Assembly: GCA_963722385.1 (NCBI GenBank)
Contig: CAVRKK010000002.1
Coordinates: 1,024,001 to 1,088,000, forward strand
Direction of reading: 5' to 3'
Length of the DNA: 64,000 nt
From: an uncultured bacterium
GTDB taxonomy: Bacteria; Babelota; Babeliae; Babelales; Babelaceae
Positions 8,473-18,772 of this stretch are shown piece by piece. The translations under genes and the position numbers were made by a program. Under the pieces are notes generated by a model. It was not told where the DNA came from, ran no database searches, and saw nothing but the letters and a program-made list of their open reading frames with translations. Position 1 is the first letter of the stretch, and the number at the start of each line of letters is the position of its first letter.

Positions 8473-11400
8473 TTCGATTCTTGAGAGATTTAGAGAATAT
8501 ATTCAGGCTAACCAGTTTAACGCTTTTAAGGTTAGCCTTGCTTCTTCGGAAAAGATTAAATCATTATCATATGGTGAAGTTAAAAAGATAGAAACGATTA
8601 ATTACCGTACGCTTAAACCGGAACGCGATGGGCTCTTTTGCGCGCGCATTTTTGGCCCGGTCAAAGATTGGGAATGTAATTGCGGCAAATACAAGCGCAT
8701 GAAGCACCGGGGGATTACGTGCGAAAAATGCGGCGTAGAGGTTATACAGGCGCGTGTTCGACGAGAGCGGATGGGGCATATACAGCTTGTATCACCGGTC
8801 TGTCATATCTGGTACTTAAAGGGGGTTCCCAGCTATTTGAGCTTGGTATTGGATATGCCAATCAAGGACCTTGAGCGTGCGATTTATTTTGATGCATACT
8901 TGGTGGTTAATCAGGGCAAGTCGCCTTACCCGCGCAAAACTTTGCTCTCGTCCGGCGATTATGAAAATTATAAAGATTTGCATCCCCAAGATGACCAGTT
9001 CTACGCTGAGATGGGCGCTGAGGGTGTCAGGCAGCTTTTGGTCTTGATGGATTTGAATCTTGAGGTACGCAAGCTGTCTGAAGATTACGCTAAAACGACA
9101 TCGGTGGCTATTCGCCATAAAATTATGCGCCGTATGAAAGTCTTTAAAGGGCTGATGCAAGGTAATTTGCGGCCCGAGTGGATGATATTGGCCATTTTGC
9201 CGGTGTTGCCTCCCGATTTGCGGCCATTGGTCCCTCTTGAGGGCGGTCGCTTTGCAAGCTCGGACTTAAATGAGCTCTACCGGCGTGTGCTTAACCGGAA
9301 TATTCGTCTCCAACGACTGATTGAAATAGAAGCGCCTTCCGTTATTATAAAAAATGAAAAGCGAATGTTGCAGGAGTCAGTAGACGCTCTTATTGATAAC
9401 GGGCGTCGAGGCCAGCCTGTTCGCGGTTCGAATAAGCGGCCGCTCAAGTCGCTGAGCGAGATGCTTCGCGGCAAGCAGGGGCGCTTTAGGCAAAACTTAC
9501 TGGGTAAGCGTGTTGACTACTCTGGTCGCTCGGTGATTGTGGTTGATCCCGAGCTCAAGCTTGACCAGTGCGGGCTTCCGAAGGCAATGGCGCTTGAACT
9601 TTTTAAATGCCATATTTATGGAGCGTTGCTTGAGCGCGGGCTGGCTCCCAACCTGCGCGTTGCCAAGCGGATGGTTGAAGAATTAGTGCCAGAAGTATGG
9701 GATATGCTTGAAGAGGTTGTCAAGAATCATCCTGTTCTTTTAAATCGTGCGCCAACACTTCACCGCCTCAGTATCCAGGCCTTTTATCCGATTCTCGTTG
9801 ATGGGAAGGCTATCAAGATACATCCGCTTGTCTGTCAGGCATTTAACGCTGACTTTGACGGTGACCAGATGGCCGTACACGTACCATTGAGCCAATGGGC
9901 TATCAAAGAGGCGGCCGATTTGTGCTTGTCAACTAAGAATATTTTGTCACCATCTAATGGTCGCCCGCTTACCGTGCCAACACAAGACATGGTTCTTGGC
10001 CTCCACTATTTAACCAAGGTGCGTTGCCAGGTTCCTGGGGAAGGAATGGTCTTTGCTTCTACGCAAGCGGTTATTACCGCATATGAAGTTGGCAAGATTG
10101 CACTTCACGCTCGTATTAAGGTTCGCTTAGCGACCGGAGCGCTGATTGACACGACCGTCGGGCGGGTCTTGCTCTACGAGGCGTTGCCAAGCGGTGCGCC
10201 GTTTGAGCTCGTCAATAAGGTTATGACGCGGAGCGATTTAAGTAAAATGGTTGAGCGTATTTATCATGTCTTTGGCGCTGAGGCAACGGTAAAAAGTCTC
10301 GATAAGATTAAGAAGCTTGGTTTTTACCACTCGACCATGGCTGGTATTTCATTTGCTATTGATGACTTACTGATTCCTTCGCGTAAAGATGAAATTATTC
10401 GTAGATCTGAAAAAGAGGTCGCTCGGATTGAACAGCTCTACCGCGAAGGTGTTATTACCAATGGTGAGCGGTACAGCAAGGTTATTGCGCTTTGGTATCA
10501 TGCTGCCAATGAGGTGGCGGTAAATATGGCCCAGGACCTTGAAAAGCAGGATCGCAGCGCATTTGTCAATGAGGATAAAGAAAACCAGGCGTTTAACCCT
10601 ATTTTTATGATGCTTGAGTCAGGGGCTAAGGGTTCTAAGGAACAAATAAAGCAGTTAGTCGGTATGCGTGGTCTGATGTCGACGCCGACGGGCGAGGTTA
10701 TGGAAACGCCCGTTAAAAGTAACTTTAAGGACGGCTTAAGTGTTTTTGAGTACTTTATTTCGACACACGGTGCTCGTAAAGGCCAGGCTGATACAGCATT
10801 AAGAACTGCTAACTCAGGTTACCTCACCCGACGCCTTGTTGACGTAGCGCATGATGCCGTCGTCCTTACGTATGATTGTAAGACGCTCGGGTATATTGAG
10901 CTTGAGGACTTGCAGGAGTCAGGTGACATTATTTACCCATTGTTGACACGTGCTTACGGACGGGTAACCGCGGCAGATGTTAAGGACCCGCTTACCGGAC
11001 AGCTCTTGCTTAATCAGGGTGATGTTATTGACCGTGAGCGTATTGAAAAATTGAGTGAATCGGCAGTGAGCAAAATTAAAGTGCGCTCTACGCTCGTATG
11101 CCAGGCTAAACGTGGTGTTTGCGCGCTCTGTTATGGCTTAGACTTGTCGAAGGGCCGTATTGTTGACATCGGCACCACGGTGGGTATTATTGCTGCGCAG
11201 TCGATTGGTGAACCGGGAACGCAGCTTACGATGAGAACGTTCCACGTTGGGGGTACGGCTACGCTGACGGAGCAATCCCACTTTGTTGCCAAACGTCCTG
11301 GGGTGATTCAACTGCGTAATTTGCGAACGGTTAAAAATCGGGATAATCAAACGGTTATTATGAGCCGTAAGGCCCGTCTTGCTATACTCTCGGCTGACGG

Positions 11401-12541
11401 TCGTGAGTTGCAGCGGCATAATCTTGAGTATGGTTCATTATTGCTCGTTGATGAAGGGCAATTAGTGACCGCGGGAACGCGGCTTGCTGAATGGGACCCG
11501 CACAGTAAAGTAATTATTACTGAGTACGCTGGCAAGGTCCAGTATAACGATTTGGTGGAAAACGTAACGATTCAGGAACGTTTTGACGAAACGAGTAACC
11601 GATCGACGCGCGTTGTTCTTGATCACAAAGGTGATAAGTACCAGCCAGCACTTGGTATTACCAATGAGGAGGGCGACGAGGTCGCTCACTATTATATACC
11701 GCCGGGCTGCCAGGTCAATGTTACTGCTGGTCAACAGGTTGCTGTCGGTGATATTTTGGTTAAGATGTCACGTGAATTATCCCGAACGCGCGATATTACC
11801 GGTGGTCTGCCGCGGATTGCCGAGCTCTTTGAAGCGCGAATTGCTAAAGATCCAGCTATCTTATCAGATATTGATGGCGAAGTGGTCTTTGGTGGTATTT
11901 ATCGGGGTATGCGTAAGGTCTCGGTGGTAAATGGTGATGAGTCATACGATTATTTTGTACCGCGTGGCAAGCAAATTAACGTTGTTAATGGTGATAAGGT
12001 TAGTGCCGGTGACCCGTTAACGTCGGGTACGCCAGTGCTCCATGATATCTTGCGTATATTGGGGCCTGACACCTTGCAGCGATACCTGGTTAATCAGATT
12101 CAGGAAATTTATCGGCTTCAAGGTATTGATATTAATGATAGGCATATTGAGCTTATTGTGCGCCAGATGATGCGTAAAGTCCGTATTGTTGACCCAGGCG
12201 ATACTGACTTCTTGATAGGCGATCGTGTTGATAAGATGCACTTTAAAATGGTCAATGCTGCGTTGGGTGCTGAAAACAAGCGCGTGGCAGTGGCAAAGCC
12301 TATGCTGATGGGGATAACGCTTGCTTCCTTGGGAACTGAAAGCTTCCTCTCGGCTGCATCATTCCAAGAAACAACACGAATCTTGGCAGAAGCGACAATG
12401 GCAGGGCAAGTTGACTATCTTTATGGATTAAAAGAGAATATTATTATAGGTAAGCTTATTCCTGCAGGGACAGGGATTAAGTCCTTTAGGGAAAAGTATT
12501 TAGAAAACGTGCCGCAAGAGAACCATGTTTCTGCGGCATGA
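8465..12541 (+). CDS. rpoC: RNA polymerase beta' subunit (likely GTG start at 8465 after AAGGAGG)
   Basis: N-terminal Zn finger, NADFDGDQMAVH, TQLTMRTFH, DITGGLPR. Confidence 0.99.
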   Translation: MSNSILERFREYIQANQFNAFKVSLASSEKIKSLSYGEVKKIETINYRTLKPERDGLFCARIFGPVKDWECNCGKYKRMKHRGITCEKCGVEVIQARVRRERMGHIQLVSPVCHIWYLKGVPSYLSLVLDMPIKDLERAIYFDAYLVVNQGKSPYPRKTLLSSGDYENYKDLHPQDDQFYAEMGAEGVRQLLVLMDLNLEVRKLSEDYAKTTSVAIRHKIMRRMKVFKGLMQGNLRPEWMILAILPVLPPDLRPLVPLEGGRFASSDLNELYRRVLNRNIRLQRLIEIEAPSVIIKNEKRMLQESVDALIDNGRRGQPVRGSNKRPLKSLSEMLRGKQGRFRQNLLGKRVDYSGRSVIVVDPELKLDQCGLPKAMALELFKCHIYGALLERGLAPNLRVAKRMVEELVPEVWDMLEEVVKNHPVLLNRAPTLHRLSIQAFYPILVDGKAIKIHPLVCQAFNADFDGDQMAVHVPLSQWAIKEAADLCLSTKNILSPSNGRPLTVPTQDMVLGLHYLTKVRCQVPGEGMVFASTQAVITAYEVGKIALHARIKVRLATGALIDTTVGRVLLYEALPSGAPFELVNKVMTRSDLSKMVERIYHVFGAEATVKSLDKIKKLGFYHSTMAGISFAIDDLLIPSRKDEIIRRSEKEVARIEQLYREGVITNGERYSKVIALWYHAANEVAVNMAQDLEKQDRSAFVNEDKENQAFNPIFMMLESGAKGSKEQIKQLVGMRGLMSTPTGEVMETPVKSNFKDGLSVFEYFISTHGARKGQADTALRTANSGYLTRRLVDVAHDAVVLTYDCKTLGYIELEDLQESGDIIYPLLTRAYGRVTAADVKDPLTGQLLLNQGDVIDRERIEKLSESAVSKIKVRSTLVCQAKRGVCALCYGLDLSKGRIVDIGTTVGIIAAQSIGEPGTQLTMRTFHVGGTATLTEQSHFVAKRPGVIQLRNLRTVKNRDNQTVIMSRKARLAILSADGRELQRHNLEYGSLLLVDEGQLVTAGTRLAEWDPHSKVIITEYAGKVQYNDLVENVTIQERFDETSNRSTRVVLDHKGDKYQPALGITNEEGDEVAHYYIPPGCQVNVTAGQQVAVGDILVKMSRELSRTRDITGGLPRIAELFEARIAKDPAILSDIDGEVVFGGIYRGMRKVSVVNGDESYDYFVPRGKQINVVNGDKVSAGDPLTSGTPVLHDILRILGPDTLQRYLVNQIQEIYRLQGIDINDRHIELIVRQMMRKVRIVDPGDTDFLIGDRVDKMHFKMVNAALGAENKRVAVAKPMLMGITLASLGTESFLSAASFQETTRILAEATMAGQVDYLYGLKENIIIGKLIPAGTGIKSFREKYLENVPQENHVSAA

Positions 12542-12549
12542 TAAACATC

Positions 12550-12624
12550 AGGCGCGTAGCTCAGGGGCAGAGCACTGCTTTGACGTAGCAGGGGTCAGCG
12601 GTTCAATTCCGCTCGCGCCTACCA
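12550..12624 (+). tRNA. tRNA-Val(GAC)
   Basis: AGGCGCG...CGCGCCT-ACCA, anticodon arm CTGCT-TTGACGT-AGCAG. Confidence 0.95.
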
Positions 12625-12662
12625 TGACAACGTTATGGATACACTTAATAGAGGTTTGATGC

Positions 12663-12929
12663 ATGATTACGTCGGAACGTAAAAAGCAATTAATGACAGA
12701 GTATCATATACATGAGCACGATACGGGATCGGTGCAGCTTCAGGTAGCGCTGTTGACGGAGCGTATTAACCAACTTAATAAGCACTTTCTGCGGCACAAG
12801 CAAGATTATGCTTCGCGTCGCGGTTTGATGCAGTTGGTAGGCCAGCGCCGTCGCTTTTTGCGCTATCTTGAGCGTACGGATAAAAAAGCGTATCAAAGCA
12901 TGATTGGGCGGTTAGCGCTTCGTGCTTAG
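12663..12929 (+). CDS. rpsO: 30S ribosomal protein S15
   Basis: HDTGS.QLQVALLTERI, SRRGLMQLVGQRRRFLRYL. Confidence 0.98.
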   Translation: MITSERKKQLMTEYHIHEHDTGSVQLQVALLTERINQLNKHFLRHKQDYASRRGLMQLVGQRRRFLRYLERTDKKAYQSMIGRLALRA

Positions 12930-12989
12930 GCTTAGGAAGGATCCCTGCGGCATAGAGTTAATTAATCTTGTAGAGATAGGTTTATAGTA

Positions 12990-15065
12990 ATGGTAGAAAA
13001 AACATTCAAGTTAGGGGAATACGAGGTTACGCTCGGTAAGTTTGCGCAGCAGGCGGATGGCTCGGCGTGGGTGCGGCATGGAGGAACGGTTGTTTTGGCT
13101 ACCGTTGTCTCGGCGCCTTCTAAAGAATTTCCAGGGTTTTTGCCGCTTACCGTCGATTATCGGGAGCTCTTTTCTGCAGCAGGTAAAATTCCTGGTGGCT
13201 ATTTTAAGCGCGAAGGCAAATTTACTGACAAAGAGGTTCTTACCGCGCGCTTAATTGACCGTGCGATACGGCCATTATTTCCGCCTAATTATTTTAATCA
13301 GGTGCAAGTGTTAGTTACCGTTTATTCGGTAGATAAAGAACACATGCCACAAACGCTTGCGTTGCTGGCGACCTCTATAGCGTTAACAACGTCGAAGATA
13401 CCATTTATTGAGCCCGTGGGGGTTGTTGAAATTGGGCGAGTTCAAGGCCAATGGGTCGTAAATCCGCTCTATCCGCAGACGCTCGAGTCGGATGTCCGGA
13501 TCGTTGTTGCGGGTACACATGATGGTGTGTGCATGGTAGAGGGCTCTGCTCAAGAAATTACCGAGTCCCAGTTTATTGATGTGCTTTTTATGGGTCACGA
13601 GGAGCTCAAGAAGCAGGTTACGTGGCAGAATACTATTCAGCGTGAGCTGAGTGTTGTTAAAGAGCATGTCGTTGATCATTTTGATTGGGATTTGTGGAAG
13701 CAGCGTGCTGAGGCTTATATAACCGAAGACCAGGCAAAGCGCTTTTTTAATGTTGATAAAGTAGCGCGTCAGGAAGTTGAAGAAGCCGTACATAAGGCTT
13801 TTTTGACCACCCATGCACAAGAGGTTGAAGCAAATAAGGTTTCTGAAACGTTTTTAACCTACGTGTTTGACGAGGTATGGCGTGAGCAGATTACCCGGCT
13901 TTGCTTTACGATGAACCAGCGCTTCGATTTGCGTAGCTTTGATACCGTGCGGCCTATCAGTGTTGAGGTTGGTCTGTTGCCGTTTGCTCACGGATCATCT
14001 TTATTTACGCGCGGACGTACGCAGGCATTGGCGAGTGCGACACTTGGTGGCGGTTCCGAAGGCGGCTTCCGCTTTGAAGGTCTCATGGATGAGCGCCCTG
14101 ATGGTATGTTCTTATTGCATTACAATTTTCTGCCTTTCTCGGTGGGGGAAGTAAAGTCTATGCGTGCACCGAGCAGGCGTGACGTGGGCCATGGGCATCT
14201 TGCTGCTTCGGCCATTACGCAGGTTTTGCCAAAAAAAGAAGAGTTTCCTTATCTCATTCGCATTGTTGCGGATATTCTTGAGTCTGATGGCTCCACCTCA
14301 ATGGCAACCGTGTGCAGTTCTACCATGGCTTTAATGGACGTAGGCGTCCCTATTCGAAAGATGGTAAGTGGAATCGCCATGGGCCTTTTAAGGAGTCCAG
14401 CAAATGCGTTTCAGGTGCTGACTGATATTTCAGGTAGTGAAGATGCTTTTGGCCTTATGGACTTTAAAGTAGCTGGAACGGCTGATGGTATTCTTGCCGT
14501 CCAGATGGATATTAAGCATAAGGGTGGCCTTAAGCGTGAAGTTTTTGAAATGGCGCTTGAGAAGGCGCGCAAGGCACGCTTGCATATTCTTCAGGAGATG
14601 CAAAAAGTTATGACGGCACCCCGTGCTGAATTATCCCCACTTGTACCGCGTGTTGTTATGGTTAAAGTTCCTAAAGAAAAAATAGGGGCGATTATCGGTA
14701 CGGGCGGCAAGGTTATTCGTGAAATAACCGAAAAGACTGCGACGACGATAGATATTGAAGATACGGGATTAGTAAAAATCTTTGGGCAGCCTGGTCCGAA
14801 GCTTGACCAAGCAGTGAACTGGGTTAAGCTGTTGGGAGGCGATGTTGAGCGCGGAACGCAGTATTTAGGTACCGTAAGGCGTATTGCTGACTTTGGCTTG
14901 ATTGTTGAGTTGGTACCAGGTCTTGACGGCCTTGTGCACGTATCAACAATCCCACGTCAAGATCAAGAAAAGCTCTTGCGTTCTACGAAGCTTGACGATA
15001 AAGTAATGGTAGAAATTACCGATTACGATCCGGAAAGTGGTCGAATCCGTTTAAAACTGGTATAG
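12990..15065 (+). CDS. pnp: Polyribonucleotide nucleotidyltransferase
   Basis: LPLTVDYRE, AGKIPGGYFKREG, ESDGSTSMATVC, MDFKVAG, KH and S1 domains. Confidence 0.98.
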   Translation: MVEKTFKLGEYEVTLGKFAQQADGSAWVRHGGTVVLATVVSAPSKEFPGFLPLTVDYRELFSAAGKIPGGYFKREGKFTDKEVLTARLIDRAIRPLFPPNYFNQVQVLVTVYSVDKEHMPQTLALLATSIALTTSKIPFIEPVGVVEIGRVQGQWVVNPLYPQTLESDVRIVVAGTHDGVCMVEGSAQEITESQFIDVLFMGHEELKKQVTWQNTIQRELSVVKEHVVDHFDWDLWKQRAEAYITEDQAKRFFNVDKVARQEVEEAVHKAFLTTHAQEVEANKVSETFLTYVFDEVWREQITRLCFTMNQRFDLRSFDTVRPISVEVGLLPFAHGSSLFTRGRTQALASATLGGGSEGGFRFEGLMDERPDGMFLLHYNFLPFSVGEVKSMRAPSRRDVGHGHLAASAITQVLPKKEEFPYLIRIVADILESDGSTSMATVCSSTMALMDVGVPIRKMVSGIAMGLLRSPANAFQVLTDISGSEDAFGLMDFKVAGTADGILAVQMDIKHKGGLKREVFEMALEKARKARLHILQEMQKVMTAPRAELSPLVPRVVMVKVPKEKIGAIIGTGGKVIREITEKTATTIDIEDTGLVKIFGQPGPKLDQAVNWVKLLGGDVERGTQYLGTVRRIADFGLIVELVPGLDGLVHVSTIPRQDQEKLLRSTKLDDKVMVEITDYDPESGRIRLKLV

Positions 15066-15078
15066 GGAAGAAACCCTT

Positions 15079-15894
15079 ATGCAAAAAATGGCAGCCGGTT
15101 TGCGTACCGCAAACCGTTCTTACGATCAGTTAAGACCGCTTAAGGTCACCTATGGTATATATCCCTATGCGGCTGGGTCTACACTTTTTGAGATAGGTAA
15201 CACAAAGGTATTATGCGCCGTTACCCTTCAGAATGGCGTTCCCCACTTTTTACGAGGTAAAAAGATGGGCTGGCTAACGGCTGAATATTCTTTGCTTCCT
15301 AGTGCGACGCCAATGCGTACGGTACGTGAAATAACCGCCAATAGGCGAAGTGGCAGGGTCATCGAAATATCTCGTTTGATTGGTAGATCGCTTCGTGCGG
15401 TTACCGATCTGAGTGTGCTTGGCGAACAAACGATCTTTATTGATTGTGATGTTTTGCAGGCTGATGGAGGCACGCGTACGGCGTCGATCACGGGTGCCTA
15501 TTTGGCATTGCGCGCGGCCCAAGCGCGGTGGCAAGCGCAGGGGATATTAGGCAAGCAGGCGTTGCTGCAGGATGAGCTTGCAGCGGTGTCGGTAGGCCTT
15601 GGCAATAAGGGGCCTTTGCTCGATATGGATTTTGCCGAAGATAGCGTGACGGCTGCTGATTATAATTTTGTGCTTACTCGTTCGGGCAAAATCGTTGAAA
15701 TTCAGGGCAGCGCTGAGCGTGCACCAATTGGCTGGAGCGATTATGATGAAATGAGACTTCTGGCCGTGCAAGGTGCACATGAGCTGTTTTTCTTTTACGA
15801 TGCTTATGCAAACGAGGAGCACTATTATGTATCTCAACAGCAGTCTCCTTATATGTTCTCTTCGGCGCAGATGGTTCTTGACGAGCGGCCGTGA
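15079..15894 (+). CDS. rph: Ribonuclease PH
   Basis: GWLTAEYSLLP, EISRLIGRSLR, DVLQADGGTRTASITG. Confidence 0.96.
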   Translation: MQKMAAGLRTANRSYDQLRPLKVTYGIYPYAAGSTLFEIGNTKVLCAVTLQNGVPHFLRGKKMGWLTAEYSLLPSATPMRTVREITANRRSGRVIEISRLIGRSLRAVTDLSVLGEQTIFIDCDVLQADGGTRTASITGAYLALRAAQARWQAQGILGKQALLQDELAAVSVGLGNKGPLLDMDFAEDSVTAADYNFVLTRSGKIVEIQGSAERAPIGWSDYDEMRLLAVQGAHELFFFYDAYANEEHYYVSQQQSPYMFSSAQMVLDERP

Positions 15895-16850
15895 ATTTGG
15901 TTGGTTTGTTAAGTGTTGACGGGCAGTATGCTCGGGCAACATTCGCAGCAGCAATTGCTGACAAGCATGTTTTTTTGTTCAAAGGGGGAGCAGCAAGCCC
16001 CCTTTTCTGTTATTTCTTGGTAAAGCGCATTGCTGAACTGCTGGGTTGTCAGGTTGTTTCTTTCGACTGCTCGACAGAGAGTCATCAAAAGCTCTTGGCG
16101 TTTTGTGAGGTTTCTTTTTTGACTGAATCATTACTTTGGATTAAAGACCTCTCAGCATTGCCAGCTCGCCAGCGGCAGCTTACTCTTGAGTACCTCGTAC
16201 GCTATCAAGGACCCCATAAAATTTGCTTTGCCTATGATGAGGTGCCGACCGATAGCTTGCCAACGACCTGTGTTATTGAAATGGACGAAGCTATAACTGC
16301 GAGCACTTACCCATTATTGTTTTCTGTTATACATAACAAAGAATTGGTTGACGACAGGCTTTGTCAGCAGGTGTTTAAAAAATTTAAGCATATGGCGCTT
16401 GATGCTGCTTGTATGGTAGCGCATTACCAGGAAGTGCTTGGTCGGCGATGTGAAGATTTTGTTGACCAGTGGCTTGAGCGGCTGTGGCCAGTTGATCGTT
16501 CGCTTTTTTTACTCAGCCAGCTTTTATTAGCCAAAGACCGTGCCGGGTTTTTATCGGCATGGCCTCGGTATGCGATGATGTACCCAGAAGAGTTTTGGCT
16601 GGCTTACTGGTCTGATCAGCTGTGGCAAGCAGTTCTATTTGTGGAATTGAAAGGCGCCTCAAAGCAAGGGTATCGTTTGCCCTTCTCTTTTATGCAGCGT
16701 GATTGGCGGTCATATACGCTTCAAGAGCTTGTTCGTGCTCATGCATTTCTTACGACGGTTGATGATCGGCTTAAGCATGGGTCAATCATGGATGGCATTG
16801 ACCTCTTTTGTCTTAAATTTTTGACGCATCATTTTGTAAAAAGTGCTTAA
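15891..16850 (+). CDS. Probable divergent DNA polymerase III delta subunit (HolA-like)
   Basis: Size and motif layout: N-terminal FLFKG, SFL...WIKD, LEYL, C-terminal LVRAH.FL.TVDDRLKHG...IDLF. Confidence 0.55.
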   Translation: MNLVGLLSVDGQYARATFAAAIADKHVFLFKGGAASPLFCYFLVKRIAELLGCQVVSFDCSTESHQKLLAFCEVSFLTESLLWIKDLSALPARQRQLTLEYLVRYQGPHKICFAYDEVPTDSLPTTCVIEMDEAITASTYPLLFSVIHNKELVDDRLCQQVFKKFKHMALDAACMVAHYQEVLGRRCEDFVDQWLERLWPVDRSLFLLSQLLLAKDRAGFLSAWPRYAMMYPEEFWLAYWSDQLWQAVLFVELKGASKQGYRLPFSFMQRDWRSYTLQELVRAHAFLTTVDDRLKHGSIMDGIDLFCLKFLTHHFVKSA

Positions 16851-16925
16851 CTACTTATTTCGCTAAAGAGATATAACAAAGTCTTGTCTTGCTGCTGCTT
16901 AAAACACTAGGTTGTATGGTAGGTT

Positions 16926-17852
16926 TTGATGAGGAGTGGTATGGGTATGAGATTATTATTCTACTTCGTTGCGTCTTTAGCGGCTGGCGTGTTCCAGGTA
17001 GATGCGCATATGAACTGCGAAGCACTCTCATTAGAAAAGCGTATTATACGCGTGCGTAGCGTTGTTTCTTTGTTAGGTGCGGGTCACACGCGATTTATGC
17101 TCAAACAGCTTGATGGGTTTCCTCAACGATATATTACCAAGACAGCTGCCGAGGCATTGGGGGTATTTATCGCTGAGTCGATCGGGATACCGTGCAATCA
17201 TGTTCAGATTATCCCTGCTCAGGAAAGCTGTCAACACAAGTATTTTGCGCAACAGCCAGCAACGCTCCATACGTATATTGAGGGCAAAACGTTAGCCAAG
17301 CTTAAAATCTTTGACGCTATCGACATTCGGCTGAAGCAACGTTATGTGGAGAATAGGGTTAAAACGGGATTAACAGAAACAACCATCAGAGGAATGGCAA
17401 TGCATCCTGATTTACCACCTATAGCTGCGCTTGACACGTTTATAGGCAACTACGATCGCCACGCAAGCAATTTGATATATAACAAACATGACGATCATTT
17501 TTATGCGATTGATTTTACGGTTACCTTTTATGTCAACCTTGCCGATATAGCGATCGAAAACCTTCAGGAGATGATTGAGGCCGGGGTTGCTTTTAATGAT
17601 CGTGAGATGCAAGGGTTAAGAAGTTACCGTGATACGTTGCGTAAAATTTTAGCGATGCATACGCCAGCATCGTTACGCGCGCAGTTTGAAAAATTTCTTG
17701 AGCAAACTGGGATGTCTATCGTGCTACCTTCGTTAGCTCACCGCAAAAAAAAGGCGCTTTATCGGACCATAAAACAATGTAAGGAGCTTATAAACGTAAA
17801 TTACCATGCTTCACAAAAATTATTAATCCTTCTTAATAAGATATGCTCATGA
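16926..17852 (+). CDS. Signal-peptide protein with PI3/4-kinase/HipA-like kinase fold (paralog 1)
   Basis: Hydrophobic N-terminus; LKQ...E, DTFIGNYDRHASN, YAIDF. Confidence 0.75.
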   Translation: MMRSGMGMRLLFYFVASLAAGVFQVDAHMNCEALSLEKRIIRVRSVVSLLGAGHTRFMLKQLDGFPQRYITKTAAEALGVFIAESIGIPCNHVQIIPAQESCQHKYFAQQPATLHTYIEGKTLAKLKIFDAIDIRLKQRYVENRVKTGLTETTIRGMAMHPDLPPIAALDTFIGNYDRHASNLIYNKHDDHFYAIDFTVTFYVNLADIAIENLQEMIEAGVAFNDREMQGLRSYRDTLRKILAMHTPASLRAQFEKFLEQTGMSIVLPSLAHRKKKALYRTIKQCKELINVNYHASQKLLILLNKICS

Positions 17853-18772
17853 ATATATATAACAAAAAAATTATATTAATCACTGCTTTGCTTAGTTCTT
17901 TTCATTGTGCTGCTCGAGCTATGGATTGGCGAAGGATGACGTATGTTCGTGATATGTCAAATCGTCATAGCAATATATACTTGTTATCGGGTGCTGATAA
18001 TAGCCAGTTTCTCATAAAGCAGAGAATGGCTTGCGGTGTTCATGCGGTGTTTATGACCGTAGTTGAGACTTTTGGGGCCTATGTTGCCCAAACAGTTGGT
18101 ATACCGGGCAACCGTGTATCCCTGGTTGCAGCTCGTGAGCAGTGTCCGTTTGCTGAACTTACCAAGTATCCCGCTACGCTGCACACGTTCATGCCTGGCG
18201 CTGAGGTCAAAACAGTAAAGCGGTTTGCCGACGTCAGTTTTAATCTACGTTGTACACGTAAGAATGGCAAAGGAGTATGTGGGCTGACGCATCAGCACGT
18301 TAAAAATATGGCCTTGCATCCAGATTTGCCCAAAATTATGGCGGTTGATACTTTTATTGGCAATAAGCGTCATGGAGCTAATTTGCTCTATGATGAGCGC
18401 GCTGACAGGTTTTACGCAATTGATTTCGGCGCAACGCTCCGTTCAAGTTTTGGTAAAGCAAGCGTAAAGCAGCTTTCTGGTATTTTAGCCAACGCTGATT
18501 CATTCAATGGTGCTGAAATTGAAGCCTTGTTTAGTTATTATAAAACGCTTAAGCGGTTATTAAAGATGCATTCACTGCAAAGCTTGATGAGAAAGCTCCA
18601 AGAGTTAACCGAGCAGGCTGAGCTATCACCTTCGACGCCATTTTGCAAAGATGCCACGAAATCGTATAAAAAATATATCAGAGAAAGAAAAAAATGTTTG
18701 CGTGAGAACTACTACGGTGTCCAGGAAATGGTGGCAATTTTCGAGAAATTTTTTAGGAATGCTGATGATTGA
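17843..18772 (+). CDS. Signal-peptide kinase-fold protein (paralog 2, catalytic Asp missing)
   Basis: IKQ...E, PATLH, DTFIGNKRHGAN, YAIDFG. Confidence 0.7.
   Translation: MLMNIYNKKIILITALLSSFHCAARAMDWRRMTYVRDMSNRHSNIYLLSGADNSQFLIKQRMACGVHAVFMTVVETFGAYVAQTVGIPGNRVSLVAAREQCPFAELTKYPATLHTFMPGAEVKTVKRFADVSFNLRCTRKNGKGVCGLTHQHVKNMALHPDLPKIMAVDTFIGNKRHGANLLYDERADRFYAIDFGATLRSSFGKASVKQLSGILANADSFNGAEIEALFSYYKTLKRLLKMHSLQSLMRKLQELTEQAELSPSTPFCKDATKSYKKYIRERKKCLRENYYGVQEMVAIFEKFFRNADD

Noticed and set aside
11260..11790. Large insertion in the RpoC trigger loop
   Set aside because: Position and size match the known SI3 (beta'i6) insertion; not novel.
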